A stretch of 64,000 nt of DNA from Octopus vulgaris (GCA_951406725.2 OX597828.1:13578001-13642000), one strand, 5' to 3'. Shown: positions 11,958 to 25,308, counted from the first letter of the stretch. The notes: generated from the sequence alone by a model not told the origin. Translations and numbers: made by a program.

Positions 11958-13727
11958 GTATTCCTTACACTTACAACATATGATTTCGTTATTTCTTTGT
12001 AATAATTTTAATTTTTAGTGGTATAAAGAGAAGCTGGTAAAAAAATGTCAAACTCTGCTATCCTCATTTTAGTTTCCATATCTGTTCTCAGCTATGATCA
12101 TAAATGGTAGGTAATGACTAAAAGAATTTAATCGAGAATACTAGTAGCCAAAATGGGATTCCTCTGAAGGATCTTTGGAATAACATTCCTTGGTGGGGTG
12201 CATAGCTCAGAGATTAATTTCTTTGTCTGAAGATGATGAGGAAGAATGCCATTCCCTCAAGTGGTTATGTAAACCAATCCTTGATGCTGTAGGGCTTTTC
12301 CTCCTGCCTGCACTTAGTAATTTTAAATTGAGGATCAGTTCATGTAATCCGATCCCACTCTTTAGACCCAAAGGTTTTGGGTATGACTTCAAACTACACC
12401 TAGTAGTGGGGCTCTGGTCCAGGAGTTCCAGAGTTTTGAGGTGTGTGGATCTACTGCTTAACCACTATTTTGCCCAGGTCTACATTGACCTGAAACAGTA
12501 GTACCTGTCTGAGTCCTAGCTATGGGCTAATAAGCATGTAATGGAAGAAATACCAAGCACAAACCTTCACTGCCTTGTGAGTGTCATGGAAAAGGAAAAG
12601 TCTAGGGGAGTCAACCTCAACAGTTAATCAAGCAGGGGAGTCTCTCAAGCAGTTCAGTGCTCTCTTCGACACTCTTCAGTCAACTCCAGGGTAGGTAGAG
12701 CTCTCCAGCCTTGTGAGGCAATTCACTGACAAGAGAGGCCACTCCAATGTAAAACCTTCCGCTTGCAGGCCACCATAGCTGTTTTAGCCCTCTGAGCCTC
12801 AGCTACCACCAGGCCCTGCACAAATGCAAATCACTTCTCCCAGTCCCTCCTCACCAGGGCATCACCTCTGCTCTGTCTTGTTTCCTTGTACATGAAATGC
12901 TTTCTAAAGACACAATATGGCTCCCGTCTTATACATGACAAAGACAATCTAAAGATGGTTTCAAACCCTGTCATATTCCTTATATCACATTACATGAACA
13001 CAAAATTCAATGAGTCAGGAAAGAAATTCTATGAAGTCACTTGGCCTGTTAGAAATAGCAGCCAAATAACTTTCACATCACATTCTACTCTATTACACTG
13101 TGTAACATGATTTTTCTCTTTGGGTGGTAGCAACTGTAATTGCCTATTTGCTTACCCCAAGAGAGTATGAAAAATGGCTAATATTTTCTTGAAACTTTGC
13201 TTTTGTTACATTTATTCAAAGCACCAAAGAATCCCTCTTATCACATGGCTATGATGCTCCCCAACTGCTTCTGCTCATGATCAGAGATGCACATATTGTT
13301 AGCCACTAAGAGACGTTCAAGTGGTTAAGGTCAAGCAAGTGGCAAACAAATCTGTGGTATTAAGCAGAATATTTGCTACAATGATATTTCTGCTTCAAGA
13401 ACTCAAACCTGAATCTGTCTGAAATGTAATAGAAAATAGGTCAGTTTCAAAACACTGATGTCTAGGTCACAAAAGCAAAGTTTGAAGGGAATAGTAGTCA
13501 TTTCCTTTGATTTCTAAATAGAAGTAAATAAGAAATAACACTTACTGATCATTTACTGGTCTTTGTCTTCTTACCTTTCAATCCTCATGGCTCTCCCATC
13601 ATGAGAAAAAATTAAGCTCAACAACAACAACAACAACAACGATTAAATCGTTTTATATCCAAAGAAAGAAATATTTTGTAATTTTTCTTTCAATGAATTC
13701 TTGTTTAACAATGTTTGTTTCTTGCAG

Positions 13728-13804
13728 ATTTGGTGCATATCTGATTTTGAATATTTACAGTTAATGATTTCAAATAAATTACCACATTCCCACTATTTTC
13801 ACAG
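13728..13804 (+). CDS. SMPD2: SMPD2-like exon
   Basis: ttgcag|ATT..CACAG|gtaagg; IWCISDFEYLQLMISNKLPHSHYFHS; phase 0/2 fits neighbours. Confidence 0.88.
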
Positions 13805-14900
13805 GTAAGGAAGTAGTTTTGTTTTTGTTGTTTGATGTGGAGGGAAGGCAGTGACCATGATTCTTTTATATCTCTCGTAGGAGGAAAGGAGAAAGCTATC
13901 CTCATCTGGAGGTGGTAGTGTTAAACCAAGTGATTTGACCATCTAGTCAGTCCCATGTTTCTCAACCATCTTTGTTATGGGAGTATCCTGAACACCCCCA
14001 CATTGCTGAAGGTGGACTAACCGATTACAATAAATAAGAACTGAGAGAACTGTCAGCAAGTAATTGATGCTATTAGTATGACCATGTTGGTTTACCATGT
14101 TCAGTTCAACAGTCAGTGGTTGTGATGCTATTAGTTCGGCCATGATGGTTTACCATGTTCAGTTCAACAGTTGGTGGTTGAACAGCAAATACTGAGTATT
14201 CTACTTAGATTCGAGTTGTACAGAATGCGTTCTGTGTTAACATATTTCTGCAAAAGGTTATTTTTAGATAACCACAACCAACTATTTATTTTGTGTAATA
14301 CCACATTACACCAGACGTGTATACCCACGTCATAACATTTTTGGTGATGATATTATTTGAAGCTCATGCTGGACTGAATTTTACTTGAACATGGAAGGTT
14401 TGCTAGATTCGGTAATTTAATTACAGCAACAACAACATCAACAACAGCAGTTGTTGGAATTACAGAAGCAGTAACAGCAACAGTATCAGCAGCAGCAGCG
14501 TCAGCTGTTCAAGAATTTGGACCTGGAGAGCTCCATTTCCAGCGACTTCGAGGTCCACCTCCCAGTGGTGTCGGGTGTCAATGAAGAGTCCTCGACTACA
14601 ATAAGATGACTAAAGTTTTTTTTTTCCAAGGTCTAGGGTCTCCCACCCCTAAGCCCTTGACCATCACCTAATCACCCTTACCCATCTTGTTGCTTATTAT
14701 ATGGTCAGCCACTAAGGGACATGGTCAACTGGTTAAGGTCAAACAACTGACAAACAAATCTGTGCTATTGAGCAGAATATTTGCTGTAGCCCATCTTTTA
14801 TACCAAGACAAAACAATGTACATGATAACACTTCCAATCAGTTAAGATCAGAAGCCACGAGAGCCACTGCCTGGTACTGCATCAGGGCATAAATTATTAA

Positions 14901-14954
<54 letters not shown>

Positions 14955-15025
14955 CATCATTATTATCATCATTATTATTATTATTATTCTCATTGTCATC
15001 ATTTTGCTTTATATAATTTATACAG

Positions 15026-15209
15026 TGGCAGTTTTGGCAGTGGTATGTGTGTCTTCACAAAATTTCCAATCAACGATGTTCTCTATATCAATTTTCGTCT
15101 AAATGGCTATGCACACAAGTTACAGCACGGTGACTGGTTTGCTGGCAAAGGAGTTGGCCTTATCAAAGTTGAAGTCAATGGCTTCATGATCAACATCTAC
15201 ATAACACAT
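15026..15209 (+). CDS. SMPD2: SMPD2-like exon (P-loop-like motif)
   Basis: tacag|T..CAT|gtaagt; GSFGSGMCVFTKFPI..LNGYAHKLQHGDWFAGKGVG..IYITH. Confidence 0.92.
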
Positions 15210-15286
15210 GTAAGTCCGGCTGAAAGTTTCAGCACTTTATGTTTATTTAAAAAAAAATTTTTCTTAAACCAATTTTGTGGTTTATT

Positions 15287-15677
15287 GGTGGATGGAAGCA
15301 CTCCATCGGTTACGACGATGAGGGTTCCGGTTGATCCAATCAACGGAACAGCCTGCTCGTGAAATTAATGTGTAAGTGGCTGAGCATTCCACAGACACGT
15401 GTACCCTTAACGTAGTTCTCGGGGATATTCAGCGTGACACAGAGAGTGACAAGGCCGGCCCTTTGAAATACAGGTACAACAGAAACAGGAAGTAAGAGTG
15501 AGAGAAAGTTGTGGTGAAAGAGTACAGCAGGGATCACCACCATCCCTGCCGGAGCCTCATGGAGCTTTAGGTGTTTTCACTCAATAAACTCTCACAACGC
15601 CCGGTCTGGGAATCAAAACTGCGATCCTACGACCGCTAGTTCGCTGCCCTAACCACTGGGCCATTGCACCTCCACAA
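15287..15677 (-). mobile_element. tRNA-derived SINE, family C, with 11-bp target-site duplication; degraded relative at ~46155-46425 (+)
   Basis: tRNA-like head on the minus strand (GGTGCAATGGCCCAGTGGTTAGGGC); TGTGGTTTATT duplicated at 15276-15286 and 15678-15688. Confidence 0.75.
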
Positions 15678-16688
15678 TGTGGTTTATTACAAGAGAAAAG
15701 ACAGCATTTCAATAAGTTTTGGGAGGGAAGTAGTTTTGATACTGGATGGGTATGAGATGTTTCGGCACAGCTGTTCTGGTGCCACCTATTTAACATTGAT
15801 GTGATGCTGACTTATTTGACATCAGAAATTTTAATACTTCTCTCTCTCCTCTCTCTCTCTCTCCTCTCTCTCCCCTCTTTCACCTCTCTCTCTCCCCCCT
15901 CTCTCTCCCCTCTCCCCTCTCCCCCTCCTCTCTCTCTTCCCTCTCTCTCTCCCTTCTCTCTCCTCTCACTGTTTACGTGTATGAGGAGAGAGGAAAATGA
16001 TTATGTCAATCATATTCTATCATCATCATCAACATCATTTTTCTCGTCCACTTTTCTATGCTTGCATGGGTTGGATGGGGCTTTATTGAGGTGGGTTTTC
16101 TATGACTGGATGCCTTTCCTGTCAACAACCCTTACCTGTTTCCAAGCAACTTAATATTTCCCCATGGCCAGACATGTTCTTGTAGAATATTAGAAATGAA
16201 TAACACTACTTGTATGATAGGAAGGAAAGAACCCCTTCATTCATAAATGACCATGGGATTGCATCTAGAAAGTTCCCCTCAGAGGCACAAGTCCGGGAAA
16301 GGTTGTTTATGGAAGACCAACAATCACCCATGCATATCAGGTTTCCCTCTCCATGCCACCAATGTTATCCAAGAGAAAGGCAACAGCCAATACAGCTTGG
16401 TACCAGTGATGTCACAACTCATTTCTACAGGTGAATGAACTGGAGCAACATGAAATAAAGTGTCTTGCTCATAAACACAACACACAGCCCGATCTGGGAA
16501 TTGAACTCACTTACTCATGATTGTGAGCCTGATGCTCTAACCACTGAGCCATGCGCCTTCACACCTCTGTGATAGTGGCAATCATTTACAACTGTTACAT
16601 GATTTCAAGACAAGGAAACACAAACACACACACACTTACATACATAACACATACATATATAAATACATGCATACTTTCATACATACAT

Positions 16689-16767
<79 letters not shown>

Positions 16768-17006
16768 TACATGTATACACACACACACACACACAATAGG
16801 ATTCTTCCAGTTTCCGTCTACTGAAATCACTCCCAAGGCATTGGTCTGTGCAAAGCTATAGCAAAAGACACTTGCTGAAGGTGGCATGCAGTGGCATTGA
16901 ACCCAGAATCATGTGGCTGGAAAGCACACATCTTACCACACAGCCACACCTGTGCTTAATTAATAAATTGTAAGGTATCTCTCTATTTCTGTATGTATAT
17001 ATTTTC

Positions 17007-17052
<46 letters not shown>

Positions 17053-17785
17053 TGTTTGCCTCCAGTGCCAAAAAGTACTCTCACCAAAGCAGATTTAACA
17101 CCCAGTCAGCTGAGCCAATTTGGCAGAGTCCAAAAAGTGATTCGCACTCATCTCATTCCGATAAGGGAGGCGAGGAAGTATGGAGAGGAGGAAGAAACCA
17201 CATTATGTGTGTTGCTGTTGTTGTTGGTTTTGTTTAAGTTCTGGATCAGATTAGTTCCAAAGATGGTAGACTGGCAGATATAAAATATTTTGTAGTGCTT
17301 GTTCAGAAACCTTACATCAATCATGGGTAAGCTGTGGTCTACAGGATTTTCTGAATGACATGCCTAAATGAAAAAATTACTTTGTATTTTTTTAGAAGTA
17401 TGGCTCACCTTGTGACGAGTCAACGTTTCATGCAGCCCACTTCTCGCAAAACGTTGCCCTTACCTGCTCAACTCTCTGAATTCTCTCACATGGATTATCT
17501 ACCATGTTGACATCATATAGTGATGAGAAAAGAAATGAGATATAAAAGAATTTCTGTTTGTTTGCAATTAGCAAAATACCTGAAGGAAATAAACAGACAT
17601 TATTGTCAGGAATGTGGTAAAAGCAGAACCAAAGATCAAGTTTTCTTTTTGATTTTTGAGGGGATTAAAAGTGTTGAAAGAATTTCCCTAACTTAACAAA
17701 AGATTTGGTTTATGACTATATATATATATTTACATACATACACACATACACACATACAGACACACACACTCACACACATATGCAT

Positions 17786-17822
<37 letters not shown>

Positions 17823-17825
<3 letters not shown>

Positions 17826-18180
17826 TGGGTTGTCCGGAAAGTTCGTGCCGATTTTTAAAGGAAAGAAAAAGGTCAATAAATACTTGCCATTACATTTTTA
17901 ATCAACCAAAAACGAACCATTTTGTTGCACAATGTGTCTCCATCTTTCCTTTAACTTGAAAATACCCTCTTCCAAGAATTGAGGTGGTTTCATGGCAAAG
18001 AATTCATCAAGGTATCTTTTTACATTATCCAAGGAATTGAAATTTTTACCATTAAGATTATTCTGCAGAGATCTGAATAAGTGGAAGTCCTAAGGAGCAA
18101 TATCTGGTGAATATGGAGGGTGGGGTAACACATCCCAGCCAAGCTGCAGCAATTTTTGTCTGGTTCCCAAAGAAATGTGC
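17823..18180 (-). mobile_element. Mariner transposon remnant (TIR plus transposase C-terminus)
   Basis: TIR TATTGGGTTGTCCGGAAAGTTCGTGCCG after a TA run; minus-strand LGWDVLPHPPYSPDIAP motif. Confidence 0.85.
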
Positions 18181-18230
18181 GGTCTTGCTTTATAATAATA
18201 ATAATAATAACAATAATAGTAGTAATAGTG

Positions 18231-18270
<40 letters not shown>

Positions 18271-18429
18271 CAGTGGTGGTGGTGGTGGTGGTGGTGGTGG
18301 TGGTGGTGGTGGTGGTGGTGGTGGTGGTAGTAGTAGTAAGAAGAAGAAGAAGAGGAGGAGGAGGAAGAAGAGGAGGAAGAAGCGGAAGTGGAGGAATACA
18401 AGGAGGAAGAAGGAGGAGGAGGAGAGTGA

Positions 18430-19225
18430 CATGATAACATAACAAGATATGTTCATTGAAGATTATGTGAAAAGTATGTTCTTGAAAGGACATTGGAATG
18501 ATACAAGCATAAACTAGAAGGTATCACTGAGAATAATGAGTATAAGATCTTGTGGAAGCATTAGCAACGAGGTTTGAGAAATGTGTTGGAGAAATTGGAA
18601 TTGACATGAGGGTAGAACATTCTCAGAAAACTGTTTTATTGGGGACAGCGAGGATTTTGAGGCTGGTATTTGGATTTAAGTATCATGGAAAAAGATCCTT
18701 ATTTCTTTATTGCCCACAAGGGGCTTAACATAGAGGGGCCAAACAAAGACTGACAAAGGGATTAAGTCGATTACATCAACCCCAGTGCGTATCTGGTACT
18801 TAATTTATTGACTCCGAAAGGATGAAAGGCAAAGTTGACCTCGGCAGAATTTGAACTCAGAAGGTAACGGCAGACGAAATACCTGTTTCTTTACTACCCA
18901 CAAGGGGCTAAACACAGAGAAGAGAAACAAGGACAGACAAAGGGATTAAGTTGATTATATCAACCCCAGTGTGTAACTGGTACTTATTTAATCAACCCCA
19001 AAAGGACGTAAGGCAAAGTCGACCTTGGCGGAATTTGAACTCAGAATGTAACGGCAGACGAAATACCGCTAACCATTTCACCCGGTGTGCTAACGTTTCT
19101 GCCAGGTCGCCGCCCTATCATGGAAAAAGATCCTGTGAGATCTTTGACAGCAGGTTGTTTGTCAACTCTTACAGAATTAGCTGGAGCAAGTGAAATTGAG
19201 GACTCTGGGAAGTGAAATGTATAAT
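18430..19225 (+). mobile_element. Degenerate R4/Dong-like 3' fragment interrupted by a SINE; another fragment at ~23948-24048 (-)
   Basis: VEHSQKTVLLGTARILRLVF resembles the RLE-LINE C-terminus (cf. QKIVLMGTAHILRKIL near 9850). The 24-kb fragment reads KLRKYKDLLIEIEKM..TIPVIVGALGM. Confidence 0.65.
18700..19115 (-). mobile_element. tRNA-derived SINE, family B, with 19-bp TSD (other copies at 19937-20347-, 11400-11780-, 35237-35430+, 45503-45700+, 50180-50540-, 51270-51480+, 61095-62160-)
   Basis: Head GGCGGCGA.CTGGCAGAAACGTTAGC, B-box GAGTTCAAATTC, core GTCGACTTTGCCTT..ATCCTTTCGGGGTC; TATCATGGAAAAAGATCCT duplicated at 18681-18699 and 19116-19134. Confidence 0.85.
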
Positions 19226-19287
19226 AATTATAATAATCATTTTTTGAAAATAAATATGCTGTCTAAACTCTTTCTATTTTGATCCAG

Positions 19288-19491
19288 ATTCATGCAGAGT
19301 ATAGTAAAGATAATGACGAATATTTCACCCATCGCTTGATCCAGTCATTTCAACTTAGCCAGTTTATAAAGCAGACTTCAGAGAAATGTGATGTTGTCTT
19401 TGTTGGTGGAGACTGTAATATGGAACCAAAGTCCCTCAGTTACAAAATCCTTACTACCAATGCCATGTTAAATGATGCATGGTTGAAAAAG
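19288..19491 (+). CDS. SMPD2: SMPD2-like exon (catalytic D-x-N)
   Basis: ccag|ATT..AAG|gtcagt; IHAEYSKDNDEYFTHRLIQSFQLSQFI..VGGDCNMEP..LNDAWLKK. Confidence 0.92.
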
Positions 19492-19780
19492 GTCAGTAAA
19501 ATTTGTTTCCATTTGGAATTAAGAAATTTATAAAAGTTTGGAAAATTTACTTCTTGGTATAATTTTTTCTTTTCTTTTTTTTTTGTTTTGTTCTGGTTAA
19601 TTTTTAGGCATGAATATGCCTGTGTGATTAAGAGGTTAGCTTTGCAACCATGTAGTTTTGGGGGTCAGTACTACTGTACAGTACCTTGGGCAAGTGTCTA
19701 GTATAGCACTAGACCAACCAATGACCCGGGAGTGAACTTGATAGACAGCAACTTTGTGGCAGCCTATGTGTGTATGGTGT

Positions 19781-19834
<54 letters not shown>

Positions 19835-20347
19835 TATATCAAAGGAAAAATCAAAACCAAGGCAGAACATGTATCTCAAGTCATATAAAATAATTTAATT
19901 AGGACAAGGCAAATTTGAAGTCTTACAGCCATTTCTTATTTCTTTATTGCCCACAAGGGGCTAAACATAGAAGGGACAAACAAGGACAGACAAAGGGATT
20001 AAGTCCATTACATCGACCCCAGTGCATAACAGGTACTTAATTTATCGACCCCGAAAGGATGAAATGCAAAGTCAAACTCGGCAGAATTTGAACTCAGAAC
20101 GTAAAGACAGATGAAATACCTATTTCTTTACTACCCACAAGGGGCTAAACACAGAGAGGACAAACAAGGACAGACAAATGGATTAAGTCGATTATATTGA
20201 CCCCAGTGCATAACTGGCATTTATTTAATTGACCCCGAAAGGATGAAAGCAAAGTCGACCTTGGCGAAATTTGAACTCAGAACGTAGTGGCAGACGAAAT
20301 ACCGCTAAGCATTTCGCCTGGCATGCTAATGTTTCTGCCAGCTCGCT

Positions 20348-20423
20348 TCTTACAGCCATTTCTGGGATAACCCAAATTATAGGTTAGCATGTCTATGCAC
20401 TGAGTATTCTGTCATCAGAGACC
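20348..20423 (-). ncRNA. Degenerate type I hammerhead motif
   Basis: Minus strand reads GGTCT CTGATGA cagaatactca..tgggttatccca GAAA TGGCT GTA AGA; stem II partly decayed. Confidence 0.6.
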
Positions 20424-20939
20424 AAGGTATGAATCTGAGACCAAGGTATGACGGAAAATTTACAGTTTACAAGGAATAACATTCAGTTTATAAGGAATAA
20501 AATAAAGGAATAAAGGAGTAATATAGAAGAATAAAGAGTAAAAATAGTTAGAAGAATACAGGCTGGAGAATAATGTTCACAACTCATCTTTTTCCTGAGG
20601 ATATGGATGTTGGTCGGTACTTCTATGAAGGTACAGGTCTTTAGTTAAAATCCCAGGTAAATCTAGGCGCTATTTTGGCAGTATTTTGAATGATGTATTG
20701 TTAAATGTGCATATAGAGCAAGAAAGTATGATAAATATAAATGGGTTTTGTGAGTAGGTGTATGAGAGAGAGAGAGAGGAGAAAGAGAGATAGAAAGGAA
20801 TAAAAATAAGATAGTAGTGAAAGGGTAAAAATAAGAATAAAGATAAAAATACAGTTCTATATTTAAGAGATGAGGAATTATGTGCATTATTTACATTATT
20901 TACATTCGACGGATATTTGTCCTCATCTTGTTTGTTGTT

Positions 20940-20985
20940 AACACAATGTTTCGGCTGATATACCCTCCAGCCTTCTTCAGGTGTC
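20940..20985 (-). ncRNA. Minimal type I hammerhead motif (mutated)
   Basis: Minus strand reads GACAC CTGAAGA A GGCTG gagggtatat CAGCC GAAAC ATT GTGTT; stem III appears decayed from ACGT. Confidence 0.65.
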
Positions 20986-21649
20986 TTGGGGAAATTTTGA
21001 ATGTGGGTTCTCATTTGATGTTATTATTATCATTATTGTTCAGGTAACTGCTTGGAATCAAACTTGGAATCTTGGGGTTAGTAGCCCGTGCTCTTAACCA
21101 CTACACCATATGCCCCATGAGCAAAGATAACAAGATAGAAATAATAATAATAGAAATAAAATACAAGTAAAGGTAATGATAGAGATATCATAAATGGGTT
21201 TTGTGAGTGAATGTGAATGGGAGAGAGGAGAAAGGAATAAGAATAGGATAGAGGTAAAAGAGTAAAAAATAAGAATGAAATAAAAATGAAATAAAAATAA
21301 AAGTAATGATAGAGATATGTCGTAGTGATATGTCGGGTGAGAGGTCAAACATTAAAATTTCAGTAAAGTGGTAGGGTGGAAGGCCAATCTAAGTAAGGTT
21401 ATAAAGGACAATAGTTTAGTGCAAATATTTAAAATTATATTTCAAGCTTTGCTATTAAGCTTGAAATATGATTTTAAATATTTGCCCTAAACTATTGCCC
21501 TTTATAACCTTACTTAGATTGGCCTTCCACCTCTGCTTTACTGAAACTATAACGTTTGACCTCTCACCCCAATACAATACTGACATATCTCTATCATTAC
21601 CTTTACTTTTATTTTTTATTTTGTTCTACTCTTATTTTTTACCCTTCTA

Positions 21650-22082
21650 ATATAATATAATAATAAACATTGTGTACAGTGCTCAGGTGCACTACAACTC
21701 ATCTAAAGTGCATATATAATCAGGTGTAGTTTCGATGGATTTCGGAAAGCATGAGGGCCTTAAAGGTTGCAGTGTCATGGCAGTCAACAACTGACGCAGG
21801 CAGTTTATTCCATGCTTCAGCAACTCTGAGCGTGAAGAAATGTTTCCGAAAGTCATGGGAGCTGTGTTGTTTTCTGACTTTGTAGGCATGTCCACGTGTG
21901 TTAGACACATGGAGATCAAAAAGGTGTTCAGTGTTGTTATTGGTGAGGTGGTTGACAACTTTGTGGGCGTTCACCAAGTCCGTCGCCAGACACCGGAGCT
22001 TCAGTGAATCCATGCCCAGGGAAACAAGGCGCTCAGAATATGGTAGGTGTCTGATGGAGGGTATGCGTTTGGTTGCACGTCT
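21650..22082 (-). mobile_element. CR1-type LINE 3' end
   Basis: RATKRIPSIRHLPYSERLVSLGMDSLKLR..TRGHAYK..RKHFFTLRVAEAWNKLP, followed by a 3' UTR and a TTA-rich tail. Confidence 0.85.
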
Positions 22083-22825
22083 CTGAATAGCCCTGTCTTA
22101 TTCTTATTCCTTTCTCCCAGCTCTCTTTCTTCTCTCTCTCTCTCATACATCCACTCACAAAACTCATTCATGTCTATCATACATTCTCCGTGCTACATAT
22201 GCCTTTATAACATGAATTCATCATTCAAAATACTGCCAAAATAATTCTAGGTTATGCTTAATAGAAACTTATATACTTTACATCGCAATCATTAATTACG
22301 TATTCATTTGATATAATAAACCCTTATTATATGATAACCAAAAAATTATTATATTTAACAACATATACAACTGTCAATGATCTTACTGGATAATTAAAAA
22401 ATAAAAATTACAGAAAAGTTAACCAAATACCTATTTATTTATTATATTAAACTCTTTTATGAGAATTAACTTTATTATATAATAATTGAATAATTATCGT
22501 AATAATATTTACAATTTTTGATGACTACACTGGATAACTAAAGAATAAAATTAACAGATAAGATAATTAAATATCTATTTATATATTATATTTTTATACC
22601 CTTTTATAGGAATTAAGTTATTATATAATAATTGAAAAATTATCATAATTAATAATATATACAATTTTTGATGGTCTCAGTGGATAATTAATGAATGAAA
22701 CTTATAGATGTGAATTCTATGTTATGCTAAATTGAAGCTTAGATACTTTAGATTGCTACTCATTATATTAAACACTTTAATAACAATTAACATTAATATA
22801 CAATAATTAATGTCAGAATGATGTG

Positions 22826-22871
22826 GACGCCTCTGATGAGAACCCAGTAAGGTTTGAAAATCGATAAAGGT
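22826..22871 (+). ncRNA. Degenerate type I hammerhead motif
   Basis: GCCT CTGATGA GAACC cagtaa GGTTT GAAA ATCGATA AAGGT; palindromic ATCGAT stem III; apparent extra A in two A-runs. Confidence 0.55.
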
Positions 22872-24134
22872 TTATAGGCGGAGGAATGGCTGTGTGGTAA
22901 GTAGCTTGCTTACCAACTACATGGTTCTGGGTTCAGTCCCACTGTGTGGTACCTTGGGCGTCTTCTACTATAGCCTCGGGCCGACCAAAGCCTTGTGAGT
23001 GGATTTGGTAGAAGGAAACTGAAAGAAGCCCATCGTATATATGTCTATATATGTATGTGTGTGAATATGTTTGTGTGTCTGTGTTTGTCCCCCCAGCATC
23101 GCTTGACAACCGATGCTGGTGTGTTTACATCCTCGTAACTTAGCAGTTCGGCAAATGAGACCAGTAGAATAAGTACTAGGCTTACAAGGAATAAGTCCTG
23201 GGGTCGATTTGCTCGACTAAAGGCAGTGCTCCAGCATGGCCATAGTCAAATTAATGAAACAACTAAAAGAATTTTAAAATTATTATAATAATTGAAATAT
23301 TTCAATGTCTTTCTAAATTTATAGCAAAATCTGTCCATTAAAGTGTCCATTAAAATTCAGTAAAATTAATTTAGAAGTAATTATAAAATGTAATTTTTTG
23401 AGAAAAGATAACAAGTAGAATTACCAATATTATATGATGATGCATAACTAATAATGATGCATAACTAATAAATGAGTAGCTGTGTGGTAAGAAGCTTGCT
23501 TCCCAAACACATGGTTCCTGGTTCAATCCCACTGCATGGGACCTTGGGCAGTGGAGCAAAACCTTGTGAGTGGATTCGGTAGGTGGAAACTGAAAGAAGC
23601 CCGTCATTTGTGCGTTTGTGTGTGTTGCCCCCACCATCACTTGACAACCAATATTGGTGTGTTTATGTTCCTGTAACTTAGTGGTTTGGCAAAAGGGACT
23701 GATAGAATAAGTAGGCTTACAAAGAATAACTCCTGGGGTTGATTTGTTCGATTTGGTCACAGTCAAATAACTGAAACAAGAAAAAGAATAAAAGAATAAA
23801 ATAAAATAAAAGGAGAAAAGGAAAGAAAATTCACAGCAACAATGTTCTTCTCAATACGTGTGACATACCATTTAAGAGAATCTTTTGCACTTCTTGCATG
23901 GATGGTAAGCCAGGGATCGTTCTTAAATAATTTTCACTTCTATTTTTGGTCATTCCAAGTGCTCCTACAATCACTGGTATTGTAACCATCTTGGGATGTC
24001 ACATCTTTTCGATTTCAATTAGCAAATCTTTATATTTTCTGAGCTTTATTGTTGTTGTTGTTGTTGTTGTTGTTTTTCTTCTTTTTCTTCTTCTTCTTCT
24101 TCTTCTTCTTCTTCTTCTTCTTCTTCTTCTTCTT

Positions 24135-24165
<31 letters not shown>

Positions 24166-24619
24166 TTATTATTATTTCTATCTAAATTTTTAGTTTTCTT
24201 ATACTCTTTTACTCTTTTACTTGTTTCTGTCATTTGACTTCGGCCATGCTGGAGCACTGCCTTTAGTCGAGCAATTCGACCCCAGCACTTATTCTTTGTA
24301 AGCCTAGTACTTATTCTATCGGTCTCTTTTGCCGAACCGTTAAGTTACGGGGACGTAAACACACCAGCATCGGTTGTCAAGTGATGTTGGCGGGGACAAA
24401 CACAGACACACAAACATATACACACACATATATGCATATATATTCATATATATGATGGGATTCTTTCAGTTTCCATCTACCAAATCCACTCACGAAGCTT
24501 TGGTTGGCCCGAGGCTATAGTAGAAGACACTTGCCCAAGGTGCCATGCAGTGGGAATGAACCTGCAACCATGTGGTTGGTAAGCAAGCTACTTACCACTC
24601 AGCCACTTCTGCGCATATA

Positions 24620-25105
24620 CTCTTTATTAATTTTCAACATCTCTATAACCCTATCATTTTCTAGAACTTTATTATCATTATGATTCTGAATATACTAAAA
24701 CTTTTCTTTATATCCAGCTTCCTATAATGCACGGTTATAATAAGTTTGATTTAGTTTAAATATATCCTCATTAGCCAAAAGCCTTGAAATACAAGTAGAT
24801 ATACTCTTAATGATAGAATTTATTATGCTTCTTGGATGATTAGAATTTTTATTTATATATCTTAAGCGTTCATTAAGCTTAGGATCAGGTTGATGTAATT
24901 CAATATGTAACTCAAGAGTAATATCCAGTTAATCAACCCTACTATATTCATTTTTTATAGTAATAGAAAGCGCAAGACACTTAAAGAATCTGTAAAGATT
25001 TTTCCTATACCTTTCTAAATTGACTATATTAGATTTATATATATTTTATAATATATTATTATTAATATCAGGGAATCAATATTAGAAAATTCTTCAGAAA
25101 GATAT
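24620..25105 (-). mobile_element. Degenerate PLE (Naiad-like) RT C-terminal fragment
   Basis: Minus-strand reading, with stops: LDITLEL..PKLNERLRYINKNSNHPRSIINSI..ANEDIF..YYNRAL*EAGY. It matches the FLD/SNHP/AL..SGY PLE motifs. Confidence 0.7.
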
Positions 25106-25230
25106 ATGCATGTGTAAAATAATCGTTGTATTAAAAATATAAATATATATAAAAATATATGTAAATATGTATAAGTATAAATATATAATGTATATGACAG
25201 TTTAACAGTTTTTAATTAAGTTTTTTAAAG

Positions 25231-25308
25231 CATCTTATGATCATTTCACAGAAGTGCTGTCCCTAGAATGGAATCCTATATTGATAAGTCTTCTGCTCTT
25301 CAGAGATA
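25231..25308 (-). ncRNA. Type I hammerhead ribozyme motif (intact core)
   Basis: Minus strand reads TATCT CTGAAGA GCAGAAG (35-nt loop) CTTCTGT GAAA TGATC ATA AGATG: 7-bp stem II, palindromic ATGATCAT stem III and AUA triplet. Confidence 0.85.

Noticed and set aside
12130-12800. Possible LINE UTR or coding remnant
   Set aside because: No diagnostic motif could be read; left unassigned.
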